Source: an uncultured Gammaproteobacteria bacterium
Lineage (GTDB): Bacteria > Patescibacteriota > Microgenomatia > Levybacterales > UBA12049
DNA length: 64,000 bases
Direction of reading: 5' to 3'
Assembly (NCBI GenBank): GCA_965230895.1
Contig: OZ246394.1
Coordinates: forward strand, 441,316 to 505,315
The notes below the pieces were generated by a model. It searched no databases, was not told the DNA's origin, and saw nothing but the letters and a program-made list of their open reading frames with translations. A program made the translations under genes and the position numbers. How positions within the stretch are numbered: position 1 is the stretch's first letter; the number at the start of each line of letters is the position of its first letter. Below, piece after piece: positions 47,657 to 57,236 of the stretch.

Positions 47657-48439
47657 TCATACTGCCAAGTAAAAAATCGGAGATTTTTTTAATTGTTTAT
47701 GTAACGGAGCTGCCATATGAAAGATTGGGTTTCCACCTCGTGTAAAGTCTTTCCAGATAATATCTGCTGGGTTTACTGGGGTATGTGGCCCATGTTCATG
47801 CCCATCAATAATAGCTGTCCAGTTAGTTCTATCTAAGGTACTTTCAAATATAGGAGGTAACGCATCATAAGCCACGGAGTCATCATTAGGCACTCCTCTT
47901 ATTGGTTTTATTGGGTAATGTTGAACCCATATTTTTTCTTGGGATGTTATATTTGAAATTGCTTTTTCAAATTTGGGATATACTTTCTGGAAGGTTAGTT
48001 CATCATATTTCTCTTTTCTTTGTTTGCCTTTAAGATTCCTTAAACTATTATAATCATCTCGTCCTATGCTAGTACTCATACCTGCTATACCTATATCTTT
48101 AATGCCATTACTTATTTTATATTCATTTCCATGCAACATTGTAACTCCAGCTTCCCCTTCTAAAATTCTGCTTATTTCAGCTTCATTTCCAGCATCTTCG
48201 TCATGGTTACCTAATACTGCATAAGATTTATCACCAATACCAATTGAATTCAATATTAATGCCAAGTCAAATGCTTGTTCAGTTGTACCCCTATGGGTTA
48301 AATCCCCTGACATAATCAGTCCATCCACATTATTCATCTTGTTAAATATGTCCAGCCACTGATTTTTTGAATAATATCTATTATTATTCTCTACTCCAAT
48401 ATGCAAATCACTTACTGCTGCCAGTTTTAAAGTTTCCAT
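47657..48439 (-). CDS. Metallophosphoesterase (calcineurin-like)
   Basis: AVSDLHIG, GDLTHRG, GNHD, GHEH motifs. Confidence 0.8.
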   Translation of the reverse strand: METLKLAAVSDLHIGVENNNRYYSKNQWLDIFNKMNNVDGLIMSGDLTHRGTTEQAFDLALILNSIGIGDKSYAVLGNHDEDAGNEAEISRILEGEAGVTMLHGNEYKISNGIKDIGIAGMSTSIGRDDYNSLRNLKGKQRKEKYDELTFQKVYPKFEKAISNITSQEKIWVQHYPIKPIRGVPNDDSVAYDALPPIFESTLDRTNWTAIIDGHEHGPHTPVNPADIIWKDFTRGGNPIFHMAAPLHKQLKKSPIFYLAV

Positions 48440-48534
48440 AACTAATATATATTATATCAGAACATATCAATAAACACTATAAAGTCCTAGATAAATGAGT
48501 AAAGCTGCTGATATGCTACATTAATCGAACCTAA

Positions 48535-48565
48535 AAGTGTTTGAATATCCGTAACTCGGGAGTAC
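48535..48565 (+). repeat. 31-bp direct repeat copy B (aagtgtttgaatatccgtaactcgggagtac)
   Basis: Pairs with 44699..44729; the two copies bracket the 4-gene island. Confidence 0.7.
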
Positions 48566-48621
48566 TAACAGATTAAAATAATTGACAAACTCTTCGTAAC
48601 CTTGGATACTATTTCTTAGAT

Positions 48622-48756
48622 ATGAAGAAACAAGCAATTACTCCGAAGAGGTTATTCGTATTGCTTCTTATAGCTACCGCAATCTTTCTTATTATAATTT
48701 CACTACCATGGATTTTAGTAAACTTTTGGATACTTATAGGTATTTTTTTCATATAG
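48622..48756 (+). CDS. Possible small membrane peptide (44 aa)
   Basis: MKKQAITPKRLFVLLLIATAIFLIIISLPWILVNFWILIGIFFI; weak RBS; below the ORF-track length cut-off. Confidence 0.25.
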   Translation: MKKQAITPKRLFVLLLIATAIFLIIISLPWILVNFWILIGIFFI

Positions 48757-48937
48757 TTATTCATTACTTCTAGACTGGAGATGATATTGTATGCCTTTCA
48801 TTAGGTTTTGCGCTGATGGTAAAAGAGAATTATATGAATAAATTGGATTACATGAAGCTGTATTCGAAGAGATTTAATAGTTATAGAATATATTTACGTT
48901 CTCTGTTGCAGATTAATTAGTATTTGTGGAGAATAAA

Positions 48938-49483
48938 TTATACTTCTTTGATAACGCCGCAGACGATTCTTGGACCACCACTGATTTTTGAACCTGTTTC
49001 TCCACCTTTGTATGGATCAGGATTACCATGAATCATGAGAGATGTACCTTCACCTGAAAGAATACTTGCTGGTCCATCTGAAAGTGTAACACGAGTTGTG
49101 ATAGCTTCAAGCGTCCCCTTCCCTGAATCATCGACTGTAATGTTTGGGAGATCTCCTGCATGGAATGGATGATTCACGTCAGGATCAGAATTACCATTTG
49201 GGCCTGGATCGAAATGTCCTCCAGCACAGGTAAATGTTCCACTGCAATCTGCTTTCTCATGGATGTGTACTGCGTGCTTGCCAGGGACTAATTTTGTTGG
49301 GTCACCTTCAAGATGAACAGTAATCTTCACTACCTTTTGGTCATCAAATTGATATTCAATAAACTCTGCGTTACCGGTAATTCCTTCACCAAAGAGTTCA
49401 GCAGTAGCTTTTTTATTTTCTGTTCCTTCGAAGGAGAACAATTGCATACCAATGATAATAGAATATCCAAAATGAAAATGCAA
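48938..49483 (-). CDS. sodC: Cu/Zn superoxide dismutase
   Basis: HAVHIHEKADCSG...GGHFDPG...GDLPNI...LMIHGNPD match SodC metal-ligand blocks. Confidence 0.8.
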   Translation of the reverse strand: MHFHFGYSIIIGMQLFSFEGTENKKATAELFGEGITGNAEFIEYQFDDQKVVKITVHLEGDPTKLVPGKHAVHIHEKADCSGTFTCAGGHFDPGPNGNSDPDVNHPFHAGDLPNITVDDSGKGTLEAITTRVTLSDGPASILSGEGTSLMIHGNPDPYKGGETGSKISGGPRIVCGVIKEV

Positions 49484-49525
49484 TCTATTTTACGGGATTC
49501 TTACGCAGGACACTGAAGAGTTGAA

Positions 49526-49648
49526 TTATTTTCGATTTGCAGCTTTTGCTGCAAGCATTTCACTTTTTGCAGCACGTCTTTTTGCTGTCTTGTGAGGAGA
49601 CTTTAATTTTGCTCTTTTACTTCCGACACCGGTACTTCTTTTTGCCAT
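49526..49648 (-). CDS. Small very basic protein (40 aa), unannotated
   Basis: MAKRSTGVGSKRAKLKSPHKTAKRRAAKSEMLAAKAANRK; rich in K/R/A like ribosomal/nucleoid small proteins. Confidence 0.3.
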   Translation of the reverse strand: MAKRSTGVGSKRAKLKSPHKTAKRRAAKSEMLAAKAANRK

Positions 49649-49685
49649 GAAGCTATTATACACTATTTCTTAGAGAAAAAACAGA

Positions 49686-49907
49686 TCAGTTTTTGGCTTT
49701 ATGCTTACCCCAGTGGATGCGATTCCAGATACGTTCATGTATGTAGTATAAAACGGTATTTATAATATTCGAAATTATTGTAATACTTGTTGTGGTTTCA
49801 ACATCACCCGTCATCATATAAATTACGATAAACGTTGCAACAACAATAAGAAGTCTGTAGGTAATTGTTTTTGCTAGGGATCTTTTTACATGCTCGAAAT
49901 GCTTCAT
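49686..49907 (-). CDS. Small 2-TM membrane protein (DUF2061-like)
   Basis: KTITYRLLIVVATFIVIYMMTGD...TVLYYIHERIWNRIHW. Confidence 0.45.
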   Translation of the reverse strand: MKHFEHVKRSLAKTITYRLLIVVATFIVIYMMTGDVETTTSITIISNIINTVLYYIHERIWNRIHWGKHKAKN

Positions 49908-49929
49908 TTATCCAGTATAGCAGAGAGCT

Positions 49930-50244
49930 TTACACTTTTTCAGCGTACACGTTTATCGCATGAATGATCGGAAGCAATGCCATACCTTTTGTAGTTAAGT
50001 TATAAGCGACGGAAACTTTATCGACAGTCTCTTTCTCCTTCATGACGATTTGCTCTTGCTCAAGTTTCTTGAGGCGATCAGTCAATGTCGCAGGACATAT
50101 ATCAGGTACGGTCCTTTCAAGTTCACTAAAGCGCATCTGCTTCTGAGAAAGCATGGCAATAATGTTCAAGATATATGCGTCCCCGATAACTTTTACCACA
50201 TTTTGGAACTCTTTTGAGATGGCTTTTGGTTGTACTGTTGACAT
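49930..50244 (-). CDS. HxlR-family winged-helix transcriptional regulator
   Basis: ILNIIAMLSQKQMRFSELERTVPDICPATLTDRLKKLEQEQIV. Confidence 0.75.
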   Translation of the reverse strand: MSTVQPKAISKEFQNVVKVIGDAYILNIIAMLSQKQMRFSELERTVPDICPATLTDRLKKLEQEQIVMKEKETVDKVSVAYNLTTKGMALLPIIHAINVYAEKV

Positions 50245-50385
50245 GATTTGTGAACTTTAGTACTATACTTTTCATAGTACTATTATTTTTATAGTAAGTG
50301 TATTGTACTCCTTTATGCCTAGAAAATTCAATTACTTCACAACTTGTATCCCACAAAAGTTTTCCTTGAAAGGAGGTGAAATAAT

Positions 50386-51318
50386 TTGAAAGCAGCACAA
50401 TTAAAAGAATACGGTGAAAAAGACAATGTGCAAGTTACTGATATCCCCCAACCTGAAATAACTGAAGGAAATATCCTTGTAGAAGTTTATGCAGCAGGTG
50501 TGAATCCTGTTGATTGGAAAGTGCAATATGGTTATATGAAGGACATGCTCCCTCCACTTCCAATTACCTTGGGCGGAGACATCGCTGGAGTTGTAAAAGC
50601 AATCGGCGCTGGAGTAACGAATTTCAAAGAAGGTGATGAAGTCTACGGACAAGGAAGTGTCTTGGGTAAAGCAAGTGGTGCATTTGCAGAGTTTGATCTG
50701 ACATCAGCCAATTCAATAGGCTTAAAACCTGAAAAAATTTCCTTTACAGAAGCAGGAGCAGCGCCTTTAACAGGAGTCAGTGCGGTACAAGCATTGTATG
50801 ATCATATCGGTTTAACAAGTGATCAAAAGATTCTTATCCATGGAGGTGCAGGCGGCATTGGATCTATGGCAATCCAGATTGCCAAACATATTGGTGCACA
50901 TGTCATTACAACTGTCAGTACTAATGATGTTGAGTTCGCAAAGAGTTTAGGAGCTGATGAAGTCATCGACTACAAGAGTTTACAGTTTGAAACTATTGTA
51001 AAAGACGTTGACGCAGTATTTGACCTCGTTGGTGGAGAAAGCAATAAGAAATCCTATGCTGTCCTCAAAAAAGGAGGCAAACTCGTTTCTATGGTAATGC
51101 CAGGAGATGATGAACTTGCTAAACAGTATGAAGTTGAAGCGATGGTGCAATGGACAAAAGTAACCACTGAACGACTGGATAAGCTTACACAACTTATCAA
51201 TGATGGAGTTGTCAATGTACACATTGAGAAAACATTTACACTCGATGAAGCAGCAAATGCATTAGCATATCTTCACGATACACCACCAAAAGGTAAGGTG
51301 GTTATATCTATAAAATAA
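50386..51318 (+). CDS. NAD(P)H:quinone oxidoreductase / zinc-type alcohol dehydrogenase-like (MDR family)
   Basis: MKAAQLKEYGEKDNVQ...VYAAGVNPVDWKV; Rossmann ILIHGGAGGIGSMAIQIAK. Confidence 0.8.
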   Translation: MKAAQLKEYGEKDNVQVTDIPQPEITEGNILVEVYAAGVNPVDWKVQYGYMKDMLPPLPITLGGDIAGVVKAIGAGVTNFKEGDEVYGQGSVLGKASGAFAEFDLTSANSIGLKPEKISFTEAGAAPLTGVSAVQALYDHIGLTSDQKILIHGGAGGIGSMAIQIAKHIGAHVITTVSTNDVEFAKSLGADEVIDYKSLQFETIVKDVDAVFDLVGGESNKKSYAVLKKGGKLVSMVMPGDDELAKQYEVEAMVQWTKVTTERLDKLTQLINDGVVNVHIEKTFTLDEAANALAYLHDTPPKGKVVISIK

Positions 51319-51374
51319 CGTTAGTATTGCTTAAGGAAACCTTAAGTATTACTTTATAATCTGAATGAAAGGAG

Positions 51375-51911
51375 GTGAATTATATGGAAGGACAAAATAC
51401 AAATACTCAGTCAACTGAGAAAAAAAGTAGTAATGGAGGACTTATCGCGATTATCGGAATAATCGTTATTGTTCTTGTCGGTGTCATCGGCTACCAAACT
51501 ATGACAAAGCAACAAAGTACTACGAATCAAACACAAACGCAAACACCAGCAACACAAGAACAGACAGCAGAAACAACACAGCCAACAACAGGTGAAACAA
51601 CAACAGGAGCGTATAAAGATGGGACATACACAGCTGTAGGAAATTACACTTCTCCTGGGGGACAGGAAGAGGTTGATGTGACATTGACTATCGCAAACGG
51701 TGTTGTAACAGATTCAGAATTTGTATCAAAAGCAACACGACCGATTTCAAAGGAACGTCAAGCTGATTTTGGTGCACATTACAAAGATCAAGTAGTTGGA
51801 AAGAGTCTTGATGAGATCGAACTTGGAAAAGTTTCAGGATCATCACTTACACCAAAAGGATTTAACGACGCAGTATCAAAGATTAAAGCAGAAGCCGGAT
51901 CACAATCGTAA
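51375..51911 (+). CDS. Membrane-anchored FMN-binding domain protein
   Basis: N-terminal TM; Thr/Gln-rich linker; YKDGTYTAVGNY...VDVTLTIANGVVTD resembles FMN_bind domains. Confidence 0.5.
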   Translation: MNYMEGQNTNTQSTEKKSSNGGLIAIIGIIVIVLVGVIGYQTMTKQQSTTNQTQTQTPATQEQTAETTQPTTGETTTGAYKDGTYTAVGNYTSPGGQEEVDVTLTIANGVVTDSEFVSKATRPISKERQADFGAHYKDQVVGKSLDEIELGKVSGSSLTPKGFNDAVSKIKAEAGSQS

Positions 51912-51983
51912 GAAGGAATACAGTGACAAAGGCAGAGTATGGAATTCCGAATTCATACTCTGCTTTTTTGTTGCAGAAGAAAT

Positions 51984-53321
51984 TTATAACTCGTGCTCTT
52001 CCCCATTGAGAGGAACAACTACATCTTTAAAGCCTAAATCACTTTTCACCTTTTGCGAGAAGACATCTCTTTGTACAGTATCACCGTGGATAATAAACAC
52101 TTTTTTGACTCCCTGAATATGCTTGAGCCAATCTAACAATTTTGGCTGATCAGCATGAGAACTCATCGTAGTCTCCCGAATTGCGGCTCGGACATTGATG
52201 AACTTATCATAGATTCTGACCTTTCGAGCACCTTGGAGAATTTTCCTTCCCAATGTTTCTTCCGCTTGATATCCAACAAAAAGCAATCGTGAATTTTTCA
52301 ATGGAAGATAATTGAGTGCGTGATGAAGGATTCGACCTCCAGAAAGCATTCCAGAACCTGCCACAATTACTTTTGGATCAATTGCTTTAATTATTTCTTT
52401 ACTATCTCGAGCTTCTGATGTCACAGCTAAGCCTTCAAAATTGAATGGATCATCATTGTGACTTTGCAATTCCTGATTATAGAACTCGCGATATTGGCGG
52501 AAAATTTCTGTCGCCCGGATACCCATAGGACTGTCCATAAATACAGGCGTATCTCTTTGAATTTTTCCTTCTTTCTTCAAATGATAAATTCTATGGAGAA
52601 TCTCTTGCGTTCGTTCAAGTGAAAAGGCCGGAATCATGAGAACACCACTGTCCCGCTCAGCCGCATTAATCTCTTCTTGTATGACTTTCGATGGATCCTC
52701 TTTCGGATGTACTTTATCTCCATAGGTCGATTCCATTACGACGATATCTGCACTATCAATATAATCTGTCGGACGGATAATATCTTCTGGCGTATTGCCT
52801 AAATCTCCACTAAAGACAATTTTTCTCCCATCACCTTTATCAGTCACTTCAATACTTGCTGATCCGAGAATATGTCCAGCATTTTTGAAATTTACAGTAA
52901 AAGGTCCAAAAACAACCGGTTTGTCGTATTCAACAATTTCGACAAGCTTGAGCGTCTTTTCAACTTCTTCAAGACCATACAATGGTGGAACATCGATTTT
53001 CTCCTCAGCAATTTTTGCCGAATCATTTAAAATAACTTCCATTAAAGCAAATGTCGGAGCCGTCATATAAATTTTCCCGGCAAATCCTCCGTAGACAAGC
53101 AGTGGCAAGCGTCCACAATGATCTAAATGTGCATGAGTAAGGACAACGCCTTTTACTTGTGCTGGATTAAATTGAAGCGGCTGGTAATTAAGGTTTGCAA
53201 TTTCTTTTGGTCCCTGGAACATACCGAGGTCAACAAGAAGCTGACTTTCATCATCAGCAGTTAAAAGAAAAGAAGAGCCAGTAACTTCTCCAGAGGCACC
53301 AAGGAATTTTAATTTTTTCAT
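51984..53321 (-). CDS. MBL-fold beta-CASP RNA-metabolising hydrolase
   Basis: HAHLDHCG (HxHxDH); beta-CASP region; 445 aa. Confidence 0.7.
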   Translation of the reverse strand: MKKLKFLGASGEVTGSSFLLTADDESQLLVDLGMFQGPKEIANLNYQPLQFNPAQVKGVVLTHAHLDHCGRLPLLVYGGFAGKIYMTAPTFALMEVILNDSAKIAEEKIDVPPLYGLEEVEKTLKLVEIVEYDKPVVFGPFTVNFKNAGHILGSASIEVTDKGDGRKIVFSGDLGNTPEDIIRPTDYIDSADIVVMESTYGDKVHPKEDPSKVIQEEINAAERDSGVLMIPAFSLERTQEILHRIYHLKKEGKIQRDTPVFMDSPMGIRATEIFRQYREFYNQELQSHNDDPFNFEGLAVTSEARDSKEIIKAIDPKVIVAGSGMLSGGRILHHALNYLPLKNSRLLFVGYQAEETLGRKILQGARKVRIYDKFINVRAAIRETTMSSHADQPKLLDWLKHIQGVKKVFIIHGDTVQRDVFSQKVKSDLGFKDVVVPLNGEEHEL

Positions 53322-53366
53322 CTTTATTTAGTATAGTTCGTTAGTGAAGAGATTGCTAGAAGATGT

Positions 53367-54086
53367 TTACACTCCAGCAACACCAACCATAGAACCGACA
53401 ATTGAGGTTGCAATCATAGCAAGCGCACCACCGATAACAACTCGTACTGTTGCACGAAAAGGATTTGCTCCACCAACTTTTGCACTGATTGTCCCTGTGA
53501 GAACAAGCGCAACAAGAACTGCCACAAATGTCACAGGAACTTTCAAATCACTTGCAGGTAATAAAATTGCAATCAGCGGAATCATTGCGCCCAAGGTAAA
53601 CGATGCAGCTGAGGCTAATGCCGCATGCCAAGGATTCGTTAAATTATTTGGATCTATACCGAATTCCACATCAGCGTGAGCTGCAAATGCATCTTTTTCA
53701 GATAATTCTGTCGCGACAACATGAGCTGTGTGTTTACTTAAACCTTTTTGTTCATAAATTTTTGCAAGTTCTTCCAATTCATGTTCAGGATTCTCTCGTA
53801 ATGCAATCCGTTCTTCTTCTAAAAGCGCTTTCTCTGTATCTCTTGCGCTACTTACTGAGACATATTCTCCCGCAGCCATAGATATTGCGCCAGCTATAAT
53901 GCCAGCCATACCTGCTGTAAATATCACTTCATGTGAACTTGTTGCACTCGCCACACCGACAACCAAACCTGCGATTGAAACGATTCCGTCATTGGCACCA
54001 AGCACAGCAGCACGAAGCCAATTAAGTTTGGCACTGTGGTTCGATACAAGTTCTTCGCTTAGTAACTGCTCTTTTTCGGTACTCAT
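53367..54086 (-). CDS. VIT1/CCC1-family membrane protein (iron/manganese transporter-like)
   Basis: LGANDGIVSIAGLVVGVASA motif; 5 TM. Confidence 0.7.
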   Translation of the reverse strand: MSTEKEQLLSEELVSNHSAKLNWLRAAVLGANDGIVSIAGLVVGVASATSSHEVIFTAGMAGIIAGAISMAAGEYVSVSSARDTEKALLEEERIALRENPEHELEELAKIYEQKGLSKHTAHVVATELSEKDAFAAHADVEFGIDPNNLTNPWHAALASAASFTLGAMIPLIAILLPASDLKVPVTFVAVLVALVLTGTISAKVGGANPFRATVRVVIGGALAMIATSIVGSMVGVAGV

Positions 54087-54095
54087 AGCATGGAG

Positions 54096-55163
54096 TTATT
54101 GTTTGACTATATTTTGTCCGTTGCCGGAAAGAAGTTTTTGAACGTTTTCTATCGTAACATCAAGGATTTGATGAACTGATTCTGTACTGTTAAATCCGTT
54201 GTGAGAAGTATACAAGACATCGTCACGACTTATAAGCATATGGTCCATAAGTTGTGTTTTAATGTCACATGATTTAAAGAACTCTTCTGTAAGCAATTCT
54301 CTTTCTTCTTTCAAACCACACTCTTCTTCGAGAACATCAAGCCCGGCACCTCTCAATATACCACTTTCCAATCCGTATAAAATTGCTTGTGTTTCAACCA
54401 ACGGTCCACGCGCAGTGTTAATCAGTATACTTCCCTTTTTAAACTTTTGGATATTTTCTTTATTCACCAAATGATGTGTTTCAGGAGTATGTGGCACATG
54501 CAAAGTAACAATATCTGAATTCGCGAACAGCTCATCAAGCCCTACAGCTTTAATTCCCTCCTGCCCAGCAACTTCTTCAGGATGACGTGTGTACAGTAAA
54601 ACATTCATTTCAAATGCTCGTGACAGCCGTACTACTTTATCTCCAATCTTTCCAGCACCAACAACGCCAATTGTCTTACCTGCAAGATCAAATCCTGTCA
54701 GATCATGAAGATCGAAATCTCCTCTTTTTGCACGATTTACCGTTCTTACTAATTTTCGACTCAACGCTAAAATCAACGCAAAGGTATGTTCCGCTACCGT
54801 GTGGGCTCCATATGTTGGGACGTTAACAACTGTAATATTTCGTTCTTTACAATAGTTAAGATCGATATGATCAAATCCTGTTGATCGTGTAGCAATAACT
54901 TTCAGATTTGGAAATTTTGCGAGTACATCGGCTGCCATTTGAGAATAGATGAATGTTGAAATAATTGTAGATTTTAAGAAGTTCTCATCGGTTACTTCAT
55001 GTCCCTTATCTGCTGTAAAATACAAAGTATCTTGAGGGAAAGATTTGGTTATATATTCTTTTTCCCAATCTTCAATTTCGAAAAATGTAATCGTTTCCAC
55101 AAATCTATTGTACACCCATTGTTGAGATGAAACAATTACATTACGTTTAGCCCATGGATTCAA
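54096..55163 (-). CDS. D-isomer-specific 2-hydroxyacid dehydrogenase family protein
   Basis: NAD fold GKTIGVVGAGKIGDKVV; catalytic His region; 355 aa. Confidence 0.75.
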   Translation of the reverse strand: MNPWAKRNVIVSSQQWVYNRFVETITFFEIEDWEKEYITKSFPQDTLYFTADKGHEVTDENFLKSTIISTFIYSQMAADVLAKFPNLKVIATRSTGFDHIDLNYCKERNITVVNVPTYGAHTVAEHTFALILALSRKLVRTVNRAKRGDFDLHDLTGFDLAGKTIGVVGAGKIGDKVVRLSRAFEMNVLLYTRHPEEVAGQEGIKAVGLDELFANSDIVTLHVPHTPETHHLVNKENIQKFKKGSILINTARGPLVETQAILYGLESGILRGAGLDVLEEECGLKEERELLTEEFFKSCDIKTQLMDHMLISRDDVLYTSHNGFNSTESVHQILDVTIENVQKLLSGNGQNIVKQ

Positions 55164-55367
55164 GCAAATTATCTTACGGACTTCTTACTGATTATTTATC
55201 GAAAATAATAAGAATATGAGTACCATAGAAGTAATCATCCCAAAACGGCGGAGGGCGTAATAGTAAGAGAGCTCTAGCGAAACAAAATCCAAAGTTACGG
55301 GATGATTTTTGTGGAATATCTACTTATTTTATATCCTCAATAAGGTATAATGCAGTAATACATCTAA

Positions 55368-55394
55368 CAACTCTTGTACAAGAGTTGTTTTTTT
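55368..55394 (+). terminator. Rho-independent terminator (orphan; no upstream plus-strand ORF)
   Basis: caactcttg-taca-caagagttg perfect 9-bp stem followed by TTTTTTTG. Confidence 0.6.
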
Positions 55395-55457
55395 GTTACA
55401 ATTTAGACCTATAGTTGACATTTGTGGCTAAATTTGGTACACTAGCCTCATAAAATT

Positions 55458-56699
55458 ATGGTTATTTCAAACCTAACATACGTAAAAAACACTAATACTG
55501 TCACAGTATCAGCTGACATTAACTTCCGCGGCAAGAAAATAGAACGGGCTTATATCACAACCGACAAAAAGTATGAACGCTTTATTGTAAAAGATTACAC
55601 AGCATTCCTGGCCGCTGTACTCCTTCCATGTATGAAGACAGGTGAAAATATCTATGTAGATGGTGCAGTTTCAGAACAATTCCTTGCAAACACCAATGAT
55701 ATCATGAAACTCCTCGTAAAATGGCAAGTTGGACTTACCCGTATAAAGATTCGTGCAAAGGAAACAAATGTAGATACATTTAAGCCTCGATATACAGGAA
55801 GTTTCTTTACAGCCGGTGTTGATTCTTTCTATACCTATTTGCGAAATAAAGATAAGAAGACAACCAAAGTTTCTCATCTTGTTATTGTCCATGGCTTTGA
55901 TGTGCCACTCTCAAATAAGCCTTTTTATAATAAAGTAAAAGCCACTGTTGAAAAAGTGGCTCAAGAAGAAAAAATTAATGCAATTTCACTTGAAACAAAT
56001 CTTGGAGAAATTATAGAAAAACGATTGGTCTGGGATTTTGCGCATGGTGGAGCGCTTGCAGCAATAGCTCTTATTTTAAGAAAGCAAATGAAAAATATGC
56101 TCATTCCAGGCGCAGTTCGTAATGACCAACTCTTCCCTTACGGTACACATCCAGAACTTGATGTACTTTGGTCAACTGAAACGCTCAATGTTAAAAGTGA
56201 TGGCGGAGAGCATGACCGTATGGGTAAAGTTACAAGTTTAGTAAGTAAATCCCCTCTTGCTTTAAAATACCTACGAGTTTGTACACAAAACCTTGAAGGT
56301 AAATATAATTGCTCACGATGTTACAAATGTTTGATGACAATGATGTATCTTGTCGGTTCAAATACATTATCCAAATCTAAGACCTTTGAGAAGAAAATCA
56401 ATATTGATGCAGTTCGGAGGATGTACTATGACTACAAACTAAAGTATAATATACAAGGAGAGCAAGCGCTCGCACTTTTGAAACGCAAAAAGATTAACCC
56501 AGAGTTGCAAGAAGCAATCGCATTTAGTCTTGAGAAAAGTAAAAAGCCGCAATTTGTAAAACAAGTATCACAAACAATTGCTGCATGGGATCAAAAGTAT
56601 AACGATCGAAGATTGTATCAATTCATTTTCAAAATGAATGATAAGAACGATCGAAACGCCCTTTTCAAATTCTTATTTAAGAAAGGTTTATTAAAATAA
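55458..56699 (+). CDS. Hypothetical protein with degenerate PP-loop-like motif and C-terminal CxxC...CxxC
   Basis: FFTAGVDSFYT (cf. SGGxDS PP-loop); NCSRCYKC; 413 aa; TTGACA/TACACT promoter-like hexamers upstream. Confidence 0.35.
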   Translation: MVISNLTYVKNTNTVTVSADINFRGKKIERAYITTDKKYERFIVKDYTAFLAAVLLPCMKTGENIYVDGAVSEQFLANTNDIMKLLVKWQVGLTRIKIRAKETNVDTFKPRYTGSFFTAGVDSFYTYLRNKDKKTTKVSHLVIVHGFDVPLSNKPFYNKVKATVEKVAQEEKINAISLETNLGEIIEKRLVWDFAHGGALAAIALILRKQMKNMLIPGAVRNDQLFPYGTHPELDVLWSTETLNVKSDGGEHDRMGKVTSLVSKSPLALKYLRVCTQNLEGKYNCSRCYKCLMTMMYLVGSNTLSKSKTFEKKINIDAVRRMYYDYKLKYNIQGEQALALLKRKKINPELQEAIAFSLEKSKKPQFVKQVSQTIAAWDQKYNDRRLYQFIFKMNDKNDRNALFKFLFKKGLLK

Positions 56700-57235
56700 T
56701 GGAACTTATTGCATTACTGACATTAGGAATAGTCATCATCAAAGTATTATGGATTCGTACTGAAATTAAGTTTTCAAAAGAACGAATTAATTTCGACATG
56801 ATTAAAACAAACTTTGTTGAAGCAGCAATACTCGTTTTGCAAATACTTGCAGCAATCTTTACTCCGATTCCTCAAACTCCATTCTCATTCTTAATTACAA
56901 TTGCTGGTGTTGCGATGTATATTGGTGGATTTATCCTCGCGATCTGGGCAAAGAACACAATGAGCAAATCTTGGGGAGTCCCGGGAGAGCATCATAAGAA
57001 ACAAGATAAGCTTGTAACCGAAGGACCTTTCGGGTTCTCACGAAATCCTATTTATCTCGCGTTCATGATGATCTATTTCGGTTTTGCAATTGCAATCCAA
57101 AGTTGGCTTATTATTTTGAGAATCCCTCTTGCAATTTACTTCTATAAATCAGCAGTTCGTGAAGAAAAGAATCTCGAAAAAATATTTGGTAAAGAATACA
57201 CAGACTACAAAAAACGCGTCCCCCGATTCATTTAA
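56699..57235 (+). CDS. Isoprenylcysteine carboxyl methyltransferase (ICMT/PEMT) family membrane methyltransferase
   Basis: 4-5 TM; C-terminal GPFGFSRNPIYLAFMMIY...REEKNLEKIFGKEYTDYKKRVPRFI; start overlaps upstream stop (TAATGG). Confidence 0.7.
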   Translation: MELIALLTLGIVIIKVLWIRTEIKFSKERINFDMIKTNFVEAAILVLQILAAIFTPIPQTPFSFLITIAGVAMYIGGFILAIWAKNTMSKSWGVPGEHHKKQDKLVTEGPFGFSRNPIYLAFMMIYFGFAIAIQSWLIILRIPLAIYFYKSAVREEKNLEKIFGKEYTDYKKRVPRFI

Positions 57236-57236
57236 A

